64,000 nucleotides of DNA from Mustelus asterias (GCF_964213995.1 NC_135827.1:21142001-21206000); one strand, 5' to 3'; numbered from the stretch's first letter, positions 49,080-63,600 are shown. Numbers and translations: made by a program. Notes: generated by a model not told the origin, from the letters alone.

Positions 49080-52000
49080 GAACATAGAGAAGAACATAGA
49101 AAAGCTACAGCACAAACAGCCCCTTCAGCCCACAAGTTGCGCCGAACATGTCCCTACCTACTAGGCTTACCTATAACCCTCTATCTTACTAACTTCCATG
49201 AACTTATCCAAAAGTCTCTTAAAAGACCCTATCAAATCCGCCTCCACCACCACTACCGGCAGCCGATTCCACGCACCCACCACCTTCCGAGTGAAAAACT
49301 TACCCCTAACATCTCCTCTGTACCTACTCCCCAACACCCTAAACCTGTGACCTCTTGTGGCAACCATTTCAGCCCTGTGTAAAAGCCTCTGAGAATCCAC
49401 TCTATCAATACCCCTCAACATCTTATACACCTCTATCAGGTCACCTCTCATCTTTCGCCTCTCCAAGGAGAAAAGACCTAGCTCTCTCAACCAATCCTCA
49501 TAAGGCATGCCTCCTAATCCAGGCAACATCCTTGTAAATCTCCTCTGCACCCTTTCTATGGCTTCCACATCCTTTCTGTAATGGGGCGACCAGAACTGGG
49601 CACAGTACTCCAGGTGGGGTCTGACCAGGGTCTATACAGCTGCAGCATTATCTCCTGATTTCTAAACTCAATTACTCTATTGATGAAGGCCAGTATTCCA
49701 TACGCCTTCTTAACCACAGCCACCACCTGCGACGCTGCTTTGAGTGTCCGATGAACCCGGACCCCAAGATCCTTCTGATCTTCCACACTGCCAAGCGTCT
49801 TTCCCTTAATATTATATTCTTTCATCCTATTCAACCTGCCAAAATGAACCACCACACACTTATCTGGATTGAAGTTCATCTGCCACTTCTCCGCCCAGTC
49901 TTGCATCTTATCTATGTCTCGTTGCAACTGTTGACATCCCTCTACACTATCCACGACCCCACCAACCTTTGTGTCATCAGCAAACTTGCCAACCCATCCT
50001 TCCACTTCCTCATCCAGGTCATTTATAAAAATCACAAAGAGCAAGGGTCCCAGAACAGATCCCTGGGGCACTCCACTGGTGACCGATCTCCATGCTGAAA
50101 AAGACCCATCTACAACCACTCTTTGCCTTCTGTGGGCAAGCCAGTTCTAAATCCACAAAGCAATGTCCCCTTGTATCCCATGCCCCTTCACTTTCTCAAT
50201 GAGCCTTGCATGGAGCACCTTATCAAACACCTTGCTGAAATCCATATAAACTACATCTACCGCTCTTCCCTCATCTATGTGTCTCGTTACTTCTTCAAAA
50301 AATTCAATTAGGCTCGTAAGGCATGATCTGCCTTGGACAAAGCCGTGCTGGCTATTTCTGATCATACTATTCCTCTCCAGATGTTCATAAATCCTGCCTC
50401 TCAGTATCTTCTCCATCAACTTACCAACCACTGAGGTTAAACTCACTGGTCTATAATTTCCCGGGCTATCTCGTCTCCCTTTCTTGAATAACGGAACCAC
50501 CTCCGCAATCCTCCAATCCTCCAGAACCTCTCCCGTCTCCATTAATGACACAAAGATCATCGCCAGAGGCTCAGCAATCTCTTCCCTCGCCTCCCACAGT
50601 AACCTGGGGTACATCCCATCCGGTCCTGGCGATTTATCTAACTTGATGCTTTTCAAAAGCTCCAACACATCCTTTTTCCTAATGTCCACATGCTCAATCT
50701 TCTCAGTCCACTGCAAGTCTGCGCTGCAACTCCCAAGATCCTTTTCCACTGTGAATACAGAAGCAAAGTATTCATTGAGTACCTCTGCCATTTCTACCGG
50801 TTCTATACAGACTTTCCCACCGTCACATTTGATAGGTCCTACTCCTTCACATTTTATCCTCTTGCTCTTCACATACTTGTAGAATGTCTTGGGGTTTTCC
50901 TTTATCCTGTCTGCCAAGGCCTTCTCATGACCCCTTCTTGCTCTTCTAGTTTCCCTCTTAAGTTCCTTCCTACTAGTCGTATACTCTTCCAGATTTCTAA
51001 CATTACCTAGCTCCCTGAACCTTTTGTAGGCTTTTCTTTTCTTCTTGACTAAATTCGTTACAGCTTTCGTGCACCATGGTTCCTGTGACCTACCATAACT
51101 CCCGTGTCTCATTGGAATGTTGCTGTGTCGAGCTCCAGACAAATTTTCCTTGAAAACTTGCCACATTTCTTCTGTACATTTCCCTGAGAAAATCGCCTTC
51201 CAATTTATGCCTCTAATTTCCTGCCTAATAGCCTCATAATTGCCCTTACCCCAAATAAACACTTTCCTAGCTTGACTGATCCTATCTCTCTCCAATGCTA
51301 ATGTAAAGGAGATAGAGTTATGATCACTATCCCCAAAATGCTCTCCCACTGAGAGATCTGACACCTGCCCAGGTTCATTTCCTAATACCAAATCAAGTAC
51401 AGCCTCTCCTCTTGTAGGCTTATCCACATATTGTGTCAGGAAGCCCTCCTGAACACACCTAACAAACTCCTCCCCATCTAAACCCCTTACCCTAGGGATA
51501 TTCCAATCGATATTTGGGAAATTAAAATGTCCCATCACGACCACTCTGTTATTATCACATCTCTCCAGGATCTGCTTCCCAATCTGCTCCTCCACATCCC
51601 TGCTACTACTGGGCGGCCTATAGAAAACACCCAGTAAAGTTATTGACCCCTTACTGTTGTGAACCTCCACCCACAGAGATTCCGTAGACAATCCCTCTGT
51701 GGCACCCATCTTTTCTACAGCCGTGACACTATCCCTGATCAACAGTGCCACTCCCCCACCTCTTTTGCCTCCTTCCCTGTCCCTCCTGAAACATCTGAAA
51801 CCCGGCACTTGAAGTATCCAGTCCTGTCCCTGAGATAACCAAGTCTCTGTAATGGCCACCACATCACACTTCCAAGTAGTGATCCACGCTCTAAGCTCAT
51901 CCATTTTGTTCACTACACTCCTTGCGTTAAAATACACACATCTCAACCCTTCGGTCTGAGGGCTCCCCTTCTCTGTCACCTGCCTATCCTCCCTCTCACA

Positions 52001-53020
52001 CTGTCTACAAGCCCCTTTTATTTTTAAGCTAAGCTCCTCTCTCCCAGTCACCTCATTTTGATTCCCACCCCCCAACCATTCTAGTTTAAACACTCCCTAG
52101 TAGCCTTAGCAAACCTTCCCGCCAGGATATTGGTCCCCCTGAGATTTAAGTGAAACCCGTCCTTTTTGTACAGGTCGCACTTGCCCCTAAAGAGGTCCCA
52201 ATGATCCAGGAACTTGAATCCCTGACCCCTGCTCCAATCCCTTAGCCATGCATTTATCCTCCACCTTATTCCGTTCCTTCCCTCACTGTCCCGTGGCACT
52301 GGCAGCAATCCCGAGATTACTACCTTTGCGTTCCTTCTTCTTAACTCCCTACCTAACTTCCTATATTCTCCTTTCATAACCCCTTCCCCTTTCCTGCCTA
52401 TGTCAGTGGTACCAGTATGCACCATGACCTCTGGCTCCTCTCCCTCCCACTTCAGGATTTCCTGGATACGGTCAGAAACATCCCTGATCCCGGCACCAGG
52501 GAGGCAAACCACCATCTGCGTTTCTCGACTTCCTCCACAAAAACGCCTGTCTGACCCCCTCACTGTAGAGTCCCCTATCACCACTGCCTTCCTCCTCCTT
52601 TCCTTGCCCTTCTGTGCTACAAGGCTGGACTCCACGCCAGAGGCACGACCACTGCTGCTTCCACCAGGTGGGCTGTCCACCCCAACAGTACTCAAACAAG
52701 AGTACTTATTTTTAAGGGGCACAACCACTGGGGTACTCTCTACCACCTGACTTTTCTCTTTCCTGACTGTGACCCACTTGCCTGCCTCTTGTGGCCCCGG
52801 TGTGACCACCTGCCTATAACTCCTATCTATCACCTCCTCGTTTTCCCTGACCAGACGAATGTCCTCAAGCTGCAGCTCCAGTTCCCTAACTCGGTCCCTT
52901 AGGAGCCGCAGCTCGACGCACCCAGTGCAGATATGCACTTCTGGGAGGCTAGGAGACTCCACGACCTCCCACATCCGGCACTGAGAACAGCAAACTGGCT
53001 TCACATTCATAATGCTCCTT
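49080..53020 (-). mobile_element. Near full-length CR1 LINE (ORF1 plus ORF2, ORF2 disrupted near its 3' end)
   Basis: ORF1 52081-53010. ORF2 pieces 50147-52093 (APE: YFNARS, ITETWL, GGGVAL, FYRPP, SDHN; RT), 49556-50119 and 49167-49568. Confidence 0.95.
52081..53010 (-). CDS. CR1 ORF1p (zinc finger / leucine zipper plus SGNH esterase-like domain)
   Basis: CSQC...CTGC, coiled coil LRDRVRELELQLEDIR, and IGDS...PGA...HTGTTD...DGFHLN. Confidence 0.85.
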   Translation of the reverse strand: MNVKPVCCSQCRMWEVVESPSLPEVHICTGCVELRLLRDRVRELELQLEDIRLVRENEEVIDRSYRQVVTPGPQEAGKWVTVRKEKSQVVESTPVVVPLKNKYSCLSTVGVDSPPGGSSSGRASGVESSLVAQKGKERRRKAVVIGDSTVRGSDRRFCGGSRETQMVVCLPGAGIRDVSDRIQEILKWEGEEPEVMVHTGTTDIGRKGEGVMKGEYRKLGRELRRRNAKVVISGLLPVPRDSEGRNGIRWRINAWLRDWSRGQGFKFLDHWDLFRGKCDLYKKDGFHLNLRGTNILAGRFAKATRECLN

Positions 53021-53084
53021 TTCCTCAGATTCCACAGTGGAATCTGTTGTAGTGGTCAAGCCTCAGTTTCCCATTGCATCACAC

Positions 53085-53428
53085 ACACAGTGGTTAGCGC
53101 CGCTGCCTCACAGCGCCAGGGACCCGGGTTTGATTCTGGCCTTGGGTCACTGTCTGTGTACAGTTTGCACGTTCTCCCCATGTCTGTGTGGGTTTCCTCC
53201 GGGTGCTCTGGATTTCTCCCACAGTCCAAAGATGTGCCGGTTAGGTGAATTGGCCATGCTAAATTGCCCCTTAGTGTCCCAAGATGTGTAGGTTAGATGG
53301 ATTAGCCATGGTAAATGTGTGGTGTTACAGGGATAGTGCAGGGTAGATGCCTGGGTAAGATGCTCCGTCAGAGAGTCGGTGAAGACTCGATGGGCCAAAT
53401 AGCTTCTTCTGCACTGTAGGAATTCTGT
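53085..53428 (+). mobile_element. HE1 SINE
   Basis: HE1 head, core and tail. Confidence 0.9.
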
Positions 53429-53959
53429 TATACTTGGATTTTATAAAATGCGCCAACACTAAAGGCACTGGCTTCTATTTGAGCCAGTTTTCTTAGCCTA
53501 TTCTTGGTAAACAATACTTCACGTAAAACAATGTTTGCATCTGACAACGTCATTATTTAGGGCTAACCAATTCTATTCTCTCCAGTTTACCTCCTTACAT
53601 TCCAGTTGTTCTCAAATATTCATCGAACAATTGAGGATTGTTTCACTATTTCTTCGTAGCCCATTTAATCCAGCTGATGTGTTTCATTTTGTTTGGATTC
53701 CAAGATCTACACTGGATTGTACCTGGAGGTGCTATTTTCTTTAATTCACTGGTTTATATGCTCGTGAAGTTTACTACACACCTGCATAAAACTGCACATG
53801 GACTCAAGAACATTGTCACCATCATCTAAAAGCCATGCCAAGGTGGACCATGGTCTTCCAAATTTTCCACCGAGATCAGCCTCATGCCTGAAAAGGGCGT
53901 GAGGCTGATTGTAATATTTAAAGACTATGTTAATCACATTTAAATATTACAAGTGAGCC

Positions 53960-54602
53960 CAGGACGTAATGGTCCGGGCTGATGAAGATTCTCTCTGGTG
54001 AGGATCACATCTGGTCCCTCTCAACGGGGACCAGACATGGTAGGATCGGAAGCCATTGAGAGCCCTTGGGAGGTTGGGGGCAGACAGGGTGCCCCTCTGG
54101 CAGTGGCAGCCTGGCAGTGCCAGCCTGGGACCTGGCACTGCCCACCAGGAACCCTGGCACTACTACTCTGGCACACTGGCAATGCCCATTGGGCACCCTG
54201 ACACTGCCAAGGGGTGGGGTCTGATGGGGGAGTAGGCCATTCGGGAGGGGACCGCTGCCACTCTGCAACAGTGATCGATACCCGGGCGTGGGGGGGGTGC
54301 TGATGGGCCCAGGCCGGGGACAATTGGCCATGGAGCCCCACCGTAGCATTGGGCTGGAACAGCCAGAAGGCCAGCTATAGCTGGGGTAGGCAGTGACAGA
54401 TCTCAAATCTGTCACTGCTGTCCAGCCGGCTTTCGGGTGAGATAGGCCCCGCCCACTGCCCCTGCTGGCGAGAAACCAGTTTGGCCTCGTTGTTTTGACA
54501 GATTCAGATATGATTCGATTTTTAAGTCGCCCAAAAAACGGCATGAATTTCTCCCGTTTTCATGCTCGTTTGGCACTTAGAATTTTTTTGCTAAGATCGC
54601 CC
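53960..54602. mobile_element. GC-rich MITE-like element (inverted relative to the 14487 copy)
   Basis: End tttggcacttagaattttttt..aagatcgcccc is the reverse complement of the 14487 start (aaattctaagtgccgaa). Confidence 0.7.
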
Positions 54603-55099
54603 CATTAACTTTTGGCAGGACTGGTTAATCGTGATGGTGGGTCAAGCCAGAAAATCCCACCCTCTAGATATTTTGATACTGACAGAAAAACTCCCACTCA
54701 GAATATTGTAAGCCTAAATGAACATTGTGCATAATCTATTCTGGAGACCTAAATGTTTCCATTTTTATTTCCCTCTGTTGAATAAACTTCATGTTTAATC
54801 TTATTTCACTAGCTTTGTCCTGAAGAATTTAGAATTTGTGTCATAAATTCTTGATTGTAAGGGTTTTAAATTTGTAGTCAAAAGAATTTTTGGATTTTCT
54901 ATAAAGAATGCAATGAGAAGTCAAGTTAAGAGGCAAGGTGTGTCGTTCTTAGCTAATCCTATAAAACCCCCACACAGAGGAGGGAGAACCAATGTGATGA
55001 ATATTTTAATGTATTTTCCCTCCTTTCTGCAGGAGTTAAGTGATGATAAAATAAAGGTGAAGGCAAACAGAGTCTGTAGTTAAGTCACATTACAGCACA

Positions 55100-55495
55100 A
55101 TACCCCAGGTCAGCCTAAGCTCAGTAGTTCCACTCTCATCTGAGCCAGAATGTTGCAGGTTGAAGTCCCATTTGAAAGTGTTGAGCGCATAATCACGTTT
55201 GATACTTTAGTGTTGTGCTGCATTGTTAGAGATGTTATCCATTGGACTAAGCCCTGCCTGTCCTCTCAGGTGAACACAAAGAACCCTTTGGTGCTATTTT
55301 GAAGGAGAACAGGACAATTCTCCCGGTGACCTTGTCAATATTTATGCCTCAAATAACATCGCTGAAAGTAGATTATTTGGTCATTATCTCATTGCTGTTT
55401 ATGTGATCTTGCTGTGTACAAATTGGCTGCCGTGTTTGCTACATTACAACATTACTACATTAGCTGTGCAGTGATTTGAGACATTGTGCTATCAA
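55100..55495 (+). mobile_element. DeuSINE (SacSINE1-like) remnant
   Basis: tctgagccagaatgttgcaggttgaagtccca head, Deu-like ctcccggtgaccttgtcaatattt core, and aaattggctgccgtgttt. Confidence 0.6.
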
Positions 55496-56087
55496 AATGT
55501 TTTTTCCACCATTTCTGTGTTCCCCACTATTAACTCCCGTGTCTCATCTCTCAAGGGACCAAAACATTCACTTTAGCCACTCTTTTCCCTTTTATATACT
55601 TATAGAAACTTTTGCTATCTTTTTTTTATATTTTGTGCTAGTTTTCTACCATAATTTATCCTTGTTCTTTTTATTATTTTTTTAGTAACTTGTTGTTGAT
55701 CTTTAAAAGTTTCCCAATCTTCTAGTCTGCCAAATGATTTTGCATATGATACTCCTTAGTTTTTGTCTTTGTGTTGTCTTTAACTTCCTTACTTAGCTAT
55801 GGATGTTTCTTTCCCCCTCTTAGAATTGTTCTTTCTCTCTGGAATATATTTTAGTTGGGAGGAATTGAATATCTCCTTAAACAACAGCTGGTGCTGAAGG
55901 TGCTGACCTTATTCTTCTTTCCTGATAATTGGTTTTGTGGCTGAGTGGCTTGTCAAGTCACTTAAGAGGACATTAAGGGTCAGTTCTGTAAAATGGCACT
56001 GGAACCACATACAGGTGCTGTTAGTCATTAACAGAATTGTATTCAATCGCACTGTGTAATCTCATGGCCACAGCATATTCCTCATTC

Positions 56088-57662
56088 TTTTGATTTGATT
56101 TATTATTGTCGCATGCATTAGCATACAGTAAAAAGTATTGTTTCTTGTGCACTTTACAAAGCATACCGTTCATAAAGAAGGAAACGCGAGAGAACAGAAT
56201 GTAGTGATACAGTCATAGCTAGGGTGTAGAGAAAGATCAGCTTAATACGAGGTAAGTCCATTCAAAAGTCTGACGGCAGCAGGGAAGAAGCTGTTCTTGA
56301 GTCGGTTGGTACGTGACCTCAGACTTTTGTATCTTTTTCCCGACAGAAGAAGGTGGAAGAGAGAATGTCCGGGATGTGTGGGGTCCTTAATTATGCTGGC
56401 TGTTCTGCCGAGGCAGCAGGAAGTGTAGACAGAGTCAATGGATGGGAGGCTGGTTTGTGTGATGGATTGGGCTACATTCACAACCTTTTGTAGTTTCTTG
56501 CGACCTTGGGCAGAGCAGGAGGCATACCAAACTGTGATACAACCAGAAAGAATATTTTCTATGGTGCATCTGTAAAGGTTGGTGAGAGTCGTAGCTGACA
56601 TGCCAAATTTCCTTAGTCTTCTGAGAAAGTAGAGGCGTTGGTGGACTTTTTTAACTTTCGGGCCCTATTTTACCATTTTGATTCTAAGTGCTGGGTGGAC
56701 TTGAATCTGGGAGTGTTTCAGATCCAACTTTTAGACCCGATCTCAGACACCCCCATACACACTCTGCCTGCAAAAGTATCAGCGATTCTGAATCGTGCTG
56801 CAGAAGCCTGTGGGCGGGGCTTAACATGCCTGAAACCTTGCAGCTCCGATCGGCGCCTCCAACTGCGCATGCACAGAAAAAAACTGATAGAATGCTGCTC
56901 CACTGCCACATCCCTCCCGGCCCAGATAATGCCTCCCCCTGGCCCCCACAGACATTGCCCCACCCCCCACAACATTGCTACCCCCTTATCCCCCCACCAC
57001 CCAGACCGATCGCAGGCCCCTCCCACCCTTCCCCCCTTGATCTCAGGCAGAGTGGCAGCGGATACCCCCTTCCCCCTCACTTATCTCAGGCAGACTGGTA
57101 GCGGACCCCCTCCCCTCACTCCACCCCCCACCAATCTCAAGCAGAGAGCCGTCGAACGCTAGGCACCTACCCCCTCACTAACTGGAGTGCCCAAATTGTA
57201 CTTTTGTGGAGCATGTCTATTTTGTGCCGATTCACGCTGATTCTGGATGGGCGAACGTCTTGGCAAAGGGGGAAGTGCTGGTAAAGTTGGGCGTGCAGCC
57301 CATTAAGTCAACTTATTTGCATGCAAATGCATTTAAATGGCCGTCATGCCCATTTCAGGCATGGTCCCGATCGCGGCCATTTTTGGGCCTTGGTAATGGA
57401 GGAACTGGTGCGGAGGTGGGTGCAGATCGTGCTACTCGCCTTACGCTCGACTTTACCAAGTTTTCGCGCCCAAAAATGCGTGCAATGCAAAATCGGGCCT
57501 ATAGTGTCGGCATGGGGGGACCACGTCAGGTTGTTAATGATCTGGACACCTAAAAACATTAAGCTCTCGACCCTTTATATTTCGTCCCCATTGATGTAGA
57601 CAGGGGCATGTTCTCTCTATGCTTCCTGAAGTCGATGACAATCTCCTTTGTTTTGTTGATGT
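56088..57662 (-). mobile_element. Rex1-clade LINE fragment interrupted by a MITE (56660-57499)
   Basis: YRCTIENILSGCITVWY...RTNRLKNSFFPAAVRLLN; colinear with 48128-48860 once the insert is removed. Confidence 0.85.
56660..57499. mobile_element. GC-rich MITE inserted at a TA-containing site
   Basis: TIR gggccctatttt / aaaatcgggcc; the uninterrupted Rex1 copy reads aactatagtgtcggc at ~48696. Confidence 0.7.
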
Positions 57663-60600
57663 TAGATCAGGGATCAACCCTAGTTCAATGAGGAATGCAA
57701 GAGTAGCACCAAGCGTGCATAAAGATGAAGCGCCCACCCTAATAAAATTACAACATAGGACTACATGCATGCTAAATAGCAAAAGCAGCATGCAACATAC
57801 AAAGCAAAGTGATCAAATCAAAGCTCTACAGTCCTACCACATACAGTTATGCATGGTGGTGGACAGTTAAACAACTAACTAGAGGAGGATGTTCCATAAA
57901 TATGCTTATCCTCAATGATGGGAGGAGTCCAACACAACAATGCAAAAAACAAGATTGAAATATTTGCAAGAAGTGCCAAATAAATGATGCAACCCAGACT
58001 ATGGCTACAATGATGTCTGGAGCTGAATGTACTTGGCAGAACCTAAGCTGAGTATCACTGAGCAGATAATTGTTGCATAAGTGCCACTTGATAGCACTGT
58101 CAGTGACATCTTCCATCACCACTGGCACACAGTGACAGCTATTGTACCACCATCTGTAAGTTGCGCTACTGCAATTTGCCAAACCTCCTGCAAAATTCTC
58201 ACCTCTATCCACCAGAATGACATGAAGAACAGGCACATGGGATCACCACCCCCTGCCAAATGCCCCTCAAAGCCACACACCATCCTGACGTGGAACTATA
58301 TCACTGTTGTTGAGTCAAAAACCTGAAACTCCCTTCCTACTGGTACCATGGGTGTATCAACACCAGAGGGACTGAAGTGGTTCAAGAGGGTAGCTCACCA
58401 CCACCTTCTCAAGGGCAACTCAGAGGTAATGAGGTACATGTGAATTAACAGGCAACTGTGATCAAACACACCACACTGTGAAATAAACAGCAAATGCAAT
58501 CAAGATCCCACATATTACTCAGCAACAACCCTGATATCAGTAAATACTGAGTCAACTAATCTCGTTGAAACTCCCTCCCCGTTAAGAGGGACTCCTAACT
58601 TTTCACAAGGCCGGAATTCTCCAGACTTGCACACCGCACTACTGTTGCCAGCGGGAATAGTGAATTTGGCACTTAGCTAAATCTCCATTCATAGCATGGG
58701 ACTGAAGAATCCCAACTGCAGGCAAGGTCAGAGAATTCCAGCCCAAAGCTCTGAATTCTCTCAAAATCATTCTAACTCAGAATGCCTCAATGACTGCACT
58801 CTTCCCAGGCTTTCAATCATATTTCCTCAACCTCATCTTGCAAAACTCCATTCACCTGGATTTCCAAGTTTGCATTCCAGCCTCTGCTTAGTGGCATAAT
58901 TTCTCCTCTTTAAGAGCTGGCTAGCTTCATTGGGCTAGAAATGTCCCTGGATTTTACCAACCTCCAATCTCCCCATCTACACCAATCTACAAATGGATCC
59001 CAGGGCTTCTTCTGAGCCCTAACCCTTTCCAACAGGGAACTTGTTACCTTTTGCCAACTTCTCAACTCCCCAGGACTTCTCCTGAGCCCTAGCTGTACAG
59101 TGCTATCAACCAGCCTGTGTGACTTTACCTGAGCCCCCAACTAATCAGCTAACAGCAACACATTCGCTGCATGGAGCCTGCTAACAGTAGCATCTTTTCA
59201 GTATGGTCTTCCCTTCTGCTGCAGAACACTCACTTCCCCAGCAAACACACAGGTACATTGAAACCATAGAACCTTCTTAAACTCCACCCAGCTCCATGAC
59301 AACACAGGCTTCCAGGGCTCACTGGATGCTTTTAAATTCATTGTAGCTTTAACTTCCAAAATAAAACAACTCCCTGGACTGCATTTCTTTGCAAGCAGTG
59401 TGGACGCCTCGTCCCCAATTCTCCAGCTAAGTAAGCCCACCTGCTGTTTTACGATCTTACCTTTCTAACTGTAAATCCCTGAAGTTAACATGGCCCAACT
59501 GTAATAGTCTTCAAGCTGCTTTAGTTGCAATATCCTGTTTTCTACGATTAAGCTTTAATCTTCCTAGGACTAAAAATTACCTCCAACATATTACTATGAA
59601 TCATGAGCTAGATATTTATAATACAAGATACAATAATTCATCTATTTCATTGAGATGTGGAACTAAACATCACTGCGGGTGTTAAGCTGAAGGAAGCTGG
59701 GGAGCTGTGGAATAATTCACAAAGGTGAGCTGATGGATTGTGAAGGTCTTTGATATAAGGAATTGTACCAGGAACAACTTGGAAATCGTCAGTTAATTAA
59801 CCATCAATTAGAGGGTGGCTTCAAAGAAAATGAGATAACAATGATTTCATTGGTAGGAGTCCATATGGTTGCTATTTGCATAGAAGTGCATCGCACCAGA
59901 TTGTGTGCTTTTATCAAGTGCCTCGAAGTGTGCTTCTTTAAGAGATTAAAGTCATTCTTAATATTAATTCAACTAGAATATAAATGCTCAATAAACAGCT
60001 GTGATTGCATTGCTGTGAATCTGTAATAACAACACAGCAGGTACCTTTAATAATCTCCAGTGAAGGTCATACTGCACGATTCTCAACTATCAATTTACTG
60101 CAGAAATCTACAAAGGATTGAAATAGCAAGGCTTCAAAAATCCTTACAGATCTATTTAAAATACTTCAGCTTCTGTTGACTATCTCATTACAACTGTTAC
60201 AAGGTGAGTTTGAAGATGTTTTTCTTCATCATATGAAGAACTGCAGCATGAAAGATAATTGCCAAAAACCTGTGATCTCGCCTGTGGCTGAGATTCTCCG
60301 TTCTCGCTGGCAGCGGGGCGGGCAAGGACGAGATCAGATTCTCCGACCTCGTCCGTACCCGCCCCGCTGCTAGTGAGAATGGAGAATTTGGTACTCAGCG
60401 GAAACTCAATTCACTACAGCGGCGCCAGCCGTGGATGAGGTCCGAGGCTCAAGCGAGAATCCTCCAGCCACAGGTTCATTACATTTCATAGTCTTGCCAT
60501 TTTTGGCAATCATATTAAACAGCAATATCTAGGATATGCACTATAGAATAAGAGCTCGGAGGAATGGGCTTGCAAGGCATTTGGGTTCATAGGTCAAGCA

Positions 60601-63600
60601 CAAATGACATGAATTGTATTCTTAGCATTTTTAATATCATCCAAACCCACAAGCTTGCTGACCACTATCCTTTTTCTAAAAACACAACTTTCATTTGTAC
60701 ATGTATTCTATTCATCCTGTTTTGACTCTGGTCATCTAGTAGTTAAACCTCTGGCTAGCAACAATGGTGGAAATTAAATACCACCATTGCATATTGTAGA
60801 ATTCAGTAAGTCGGACTTTTATCATAAAAACACCAACTGGATCACTAATGGAAAATAACCTGCACCTCGACCTCGTCTAACCTACATGCAGCTCCAATTA
60901 CACTGTACAGGAATGTCTGTTAATGCCAGGTAGAGACACTAAATGCTGCCTTGCCCATGCCACCCATATCCCAAGAGCATATTAAAAAAGAAGTCCCATT
61001 CACTCACTAGTGAGGCACACCATTCAGAAAGCAGCCAGGCCACAATGGTGCTTATGTTCTTCATTAACTGGCCACTAGAAGGAGACTTGAGGCTAATCGG
61101 GATATTCTCTTTCTCCTGCAATAACATGTCTCAATCAAGTAGTGACTCCCACAAACAGTAAGATCCAATTGGTGCCATGTCACTCATGGAGCTTATAAAC
61201 AAGGTCAACTCTGTGTAGACGAACAGAGGAAAAATTGGGAAACTGGCTGCTATCTGACACTTCACAGCAAATGCTTATTCATTTCTGTATAGTTTTAAAT
61301 TTTGCACTATTTTTAAATGGTATGAATTTACATATTTCCTTTTAGTAAACTTTACTGTAGATTTTTAGTAAAATTCAAACTGTTCTAACTTGGAACATTT
61401 CCTTTGTTGCTGTATGTTAGAAACATTGAAAATATGGTGTAAATGTTTCTTAGGCTCAATGTTTCTAGTTAAAATGTAATTGGTCTAAAAAAATGTATGT
61501 TAATTTACATTGCAATAAAAATTGCGACCTTAGGAAATCTTCCCAGCTGGAGAGAAAACTTTTCCAAGTTTTTTGACCCAACGTTATGCATTCTGTTTTG
61601 CAGCGTGAACTCCAGCATGTACAACATATCCAAGAAGTGGCAGAACTCCAGGTGCCTATTTGGTCGAAGAATTTATTTAAAAGACAGTCAATTATTACAG
61701 ACAAGTTGAAGACAAGTAGTTCTAGACTTAAATACTATCTTCAACTGACATTCAAACCAAGGTCTCCTTTTTCGGCTTGTTACTCTGAATTCCATGAAGC
61801 AGTCCAAAATTCTGAAGCATGAGAAGTAGCCATTAAAAAATGTCCAACAACATGAATATTACTCAAGTTCTGAAGGCATAGTTGATTAGATACAAAATAA
61901 ATTTTAAAAGTTAGCATATTAACATTTCAAAAATATTACACCTTTTCATTTACTTGCTTAGCAGTGCAAGATTATTGACTAAAACAACTCTTGGTTTCTG
62001 GCTGCTGAATCTTATTTCACAAACCTAAAAACTCTCTTACAATGGTTCCACGACAGATACAAAACACAGGGTAGGCTGGAATATGTATTTTAAAATGTAA
62101 TTTGACAGTTCCAATTTTGCATCAAATGTATTTCAGTCATCTTGCCAACAAGGCTCCATATTAGACTAGTGTAACAAACATGAGAAGGTAAAAGAAAAAT
62201 ATATACTTGTTTGGTTCAATCTTACTTTATACGGGTGGTCCAGAATTTCTTATTTTCTCTCAAAAGATGTGGGTGCCGCTGGCAAAGCCAACATTTGCTG
62301 CTTATCCTTAATTTCCCTTGAGAAGGTGGTGGCGAGCTGCCTTCTTGAAGTGCTGCAGTTCATTTACAAACATAATGGGCAGAATTCCCCCCTCCCCTGC
62401 AGTGTGTATTGAAGCATCAGAGGTGGCCCGCCATTGGCCAGCAGCAGGATCTTCTGATCTCGCCACTGTCAACGAGGTTTCCTGTTGTTTGCACCTTCTG
62501 CTCTTGGGAACAGCAGGAAAATCCCACTGGTTCATGTTAGTGGTGTGGACTTTTGCCTCACAACTTTGGTTTCAAAGTCAGTCATATAACTAAATTAATG
62601 CTGTTAAGTTACTCTACAAACTTGAGTTGTAAGCATATCATGGGACACCAAGCTGACAAAAAGTCTTGAAGTGCCTAGAGAAATAAGTCAGGATTGTCCA
62701 GTAAGTGACTCTTATCTTGAAGGCACAATAGGTGCAAGAATCCAACATGAAGTTCCAAGAAGGCTGTGTAAAACTGTCCTAATTTACCATGAAATTAACT
62801 TGCCGATATTACTGAGACCAGAGGATGTATGGCTGAATAACAAGAAACATAACACATTCATACAGCAAGGGGTGGTCTTCTGAGGTGGTGCTGAGACAAT
62901 TTATTGACACAGAGTTGAAAGAGCTAACTTTGCTACATCTACTGGGGGAGTACTGAGACTGGCTGCCCACAATTAATCAAGACTAATATTTCTGATCTTG
63001 AAGAGCACAGAATTACAAAACTAATTATGGTCCTGTAATGTTTCACATTGGTGACATACAAAAAAAAGGCAAACCTACATAAATTAGCGTGGGAACGTAT
63101 GTTTGTAATGCAAATTGGACAGAGTTGTAAAAAAGAGGCAAGTTTAAGCAGAACAGTTGCCATAGTGTGACGACTAGGGGATTTTCACAGTAACTTCATT
63201 GCAGTGTTAATATAAGCCTACTTGTAACACTAATAAATAAACTTTTTAACTACTGTTTTTCCTTACAGGATGAACTCCAGCATATGCAACACATTCAAGA
63301 AGTACCAGGACACTATGTTCATTCAGTAGAAAAGATTATGCATTAATGTTCTAAAAACTTCAATATTAGAACACTACCGACCACAGCTCCATTTCTCAAT
63401 TGTGAATGTTTGTTGATTCAAAGTTACCATTTTTGTTTTTATTTTATGTTGCCAAGGTGAAAGGATAAAGGAGTGGTGGATCTCAAAAGTTCTTTCAGTA
63501 GACATTAGATGCTGGAGAGAAAACTTGAGAGATGTTGGCTGCATCCAGTAACGTCAAATGTTGTAATAAGTTCCAAATATTTGGATTTTAAAACAATACT

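Noticed and set aside
1055-53398. Recurrent ORFs such as WLALLPHSARDPGSIP and CGRKPEHPEETH
   Set aside because: Translations of HE1 SINE copies, not genes.
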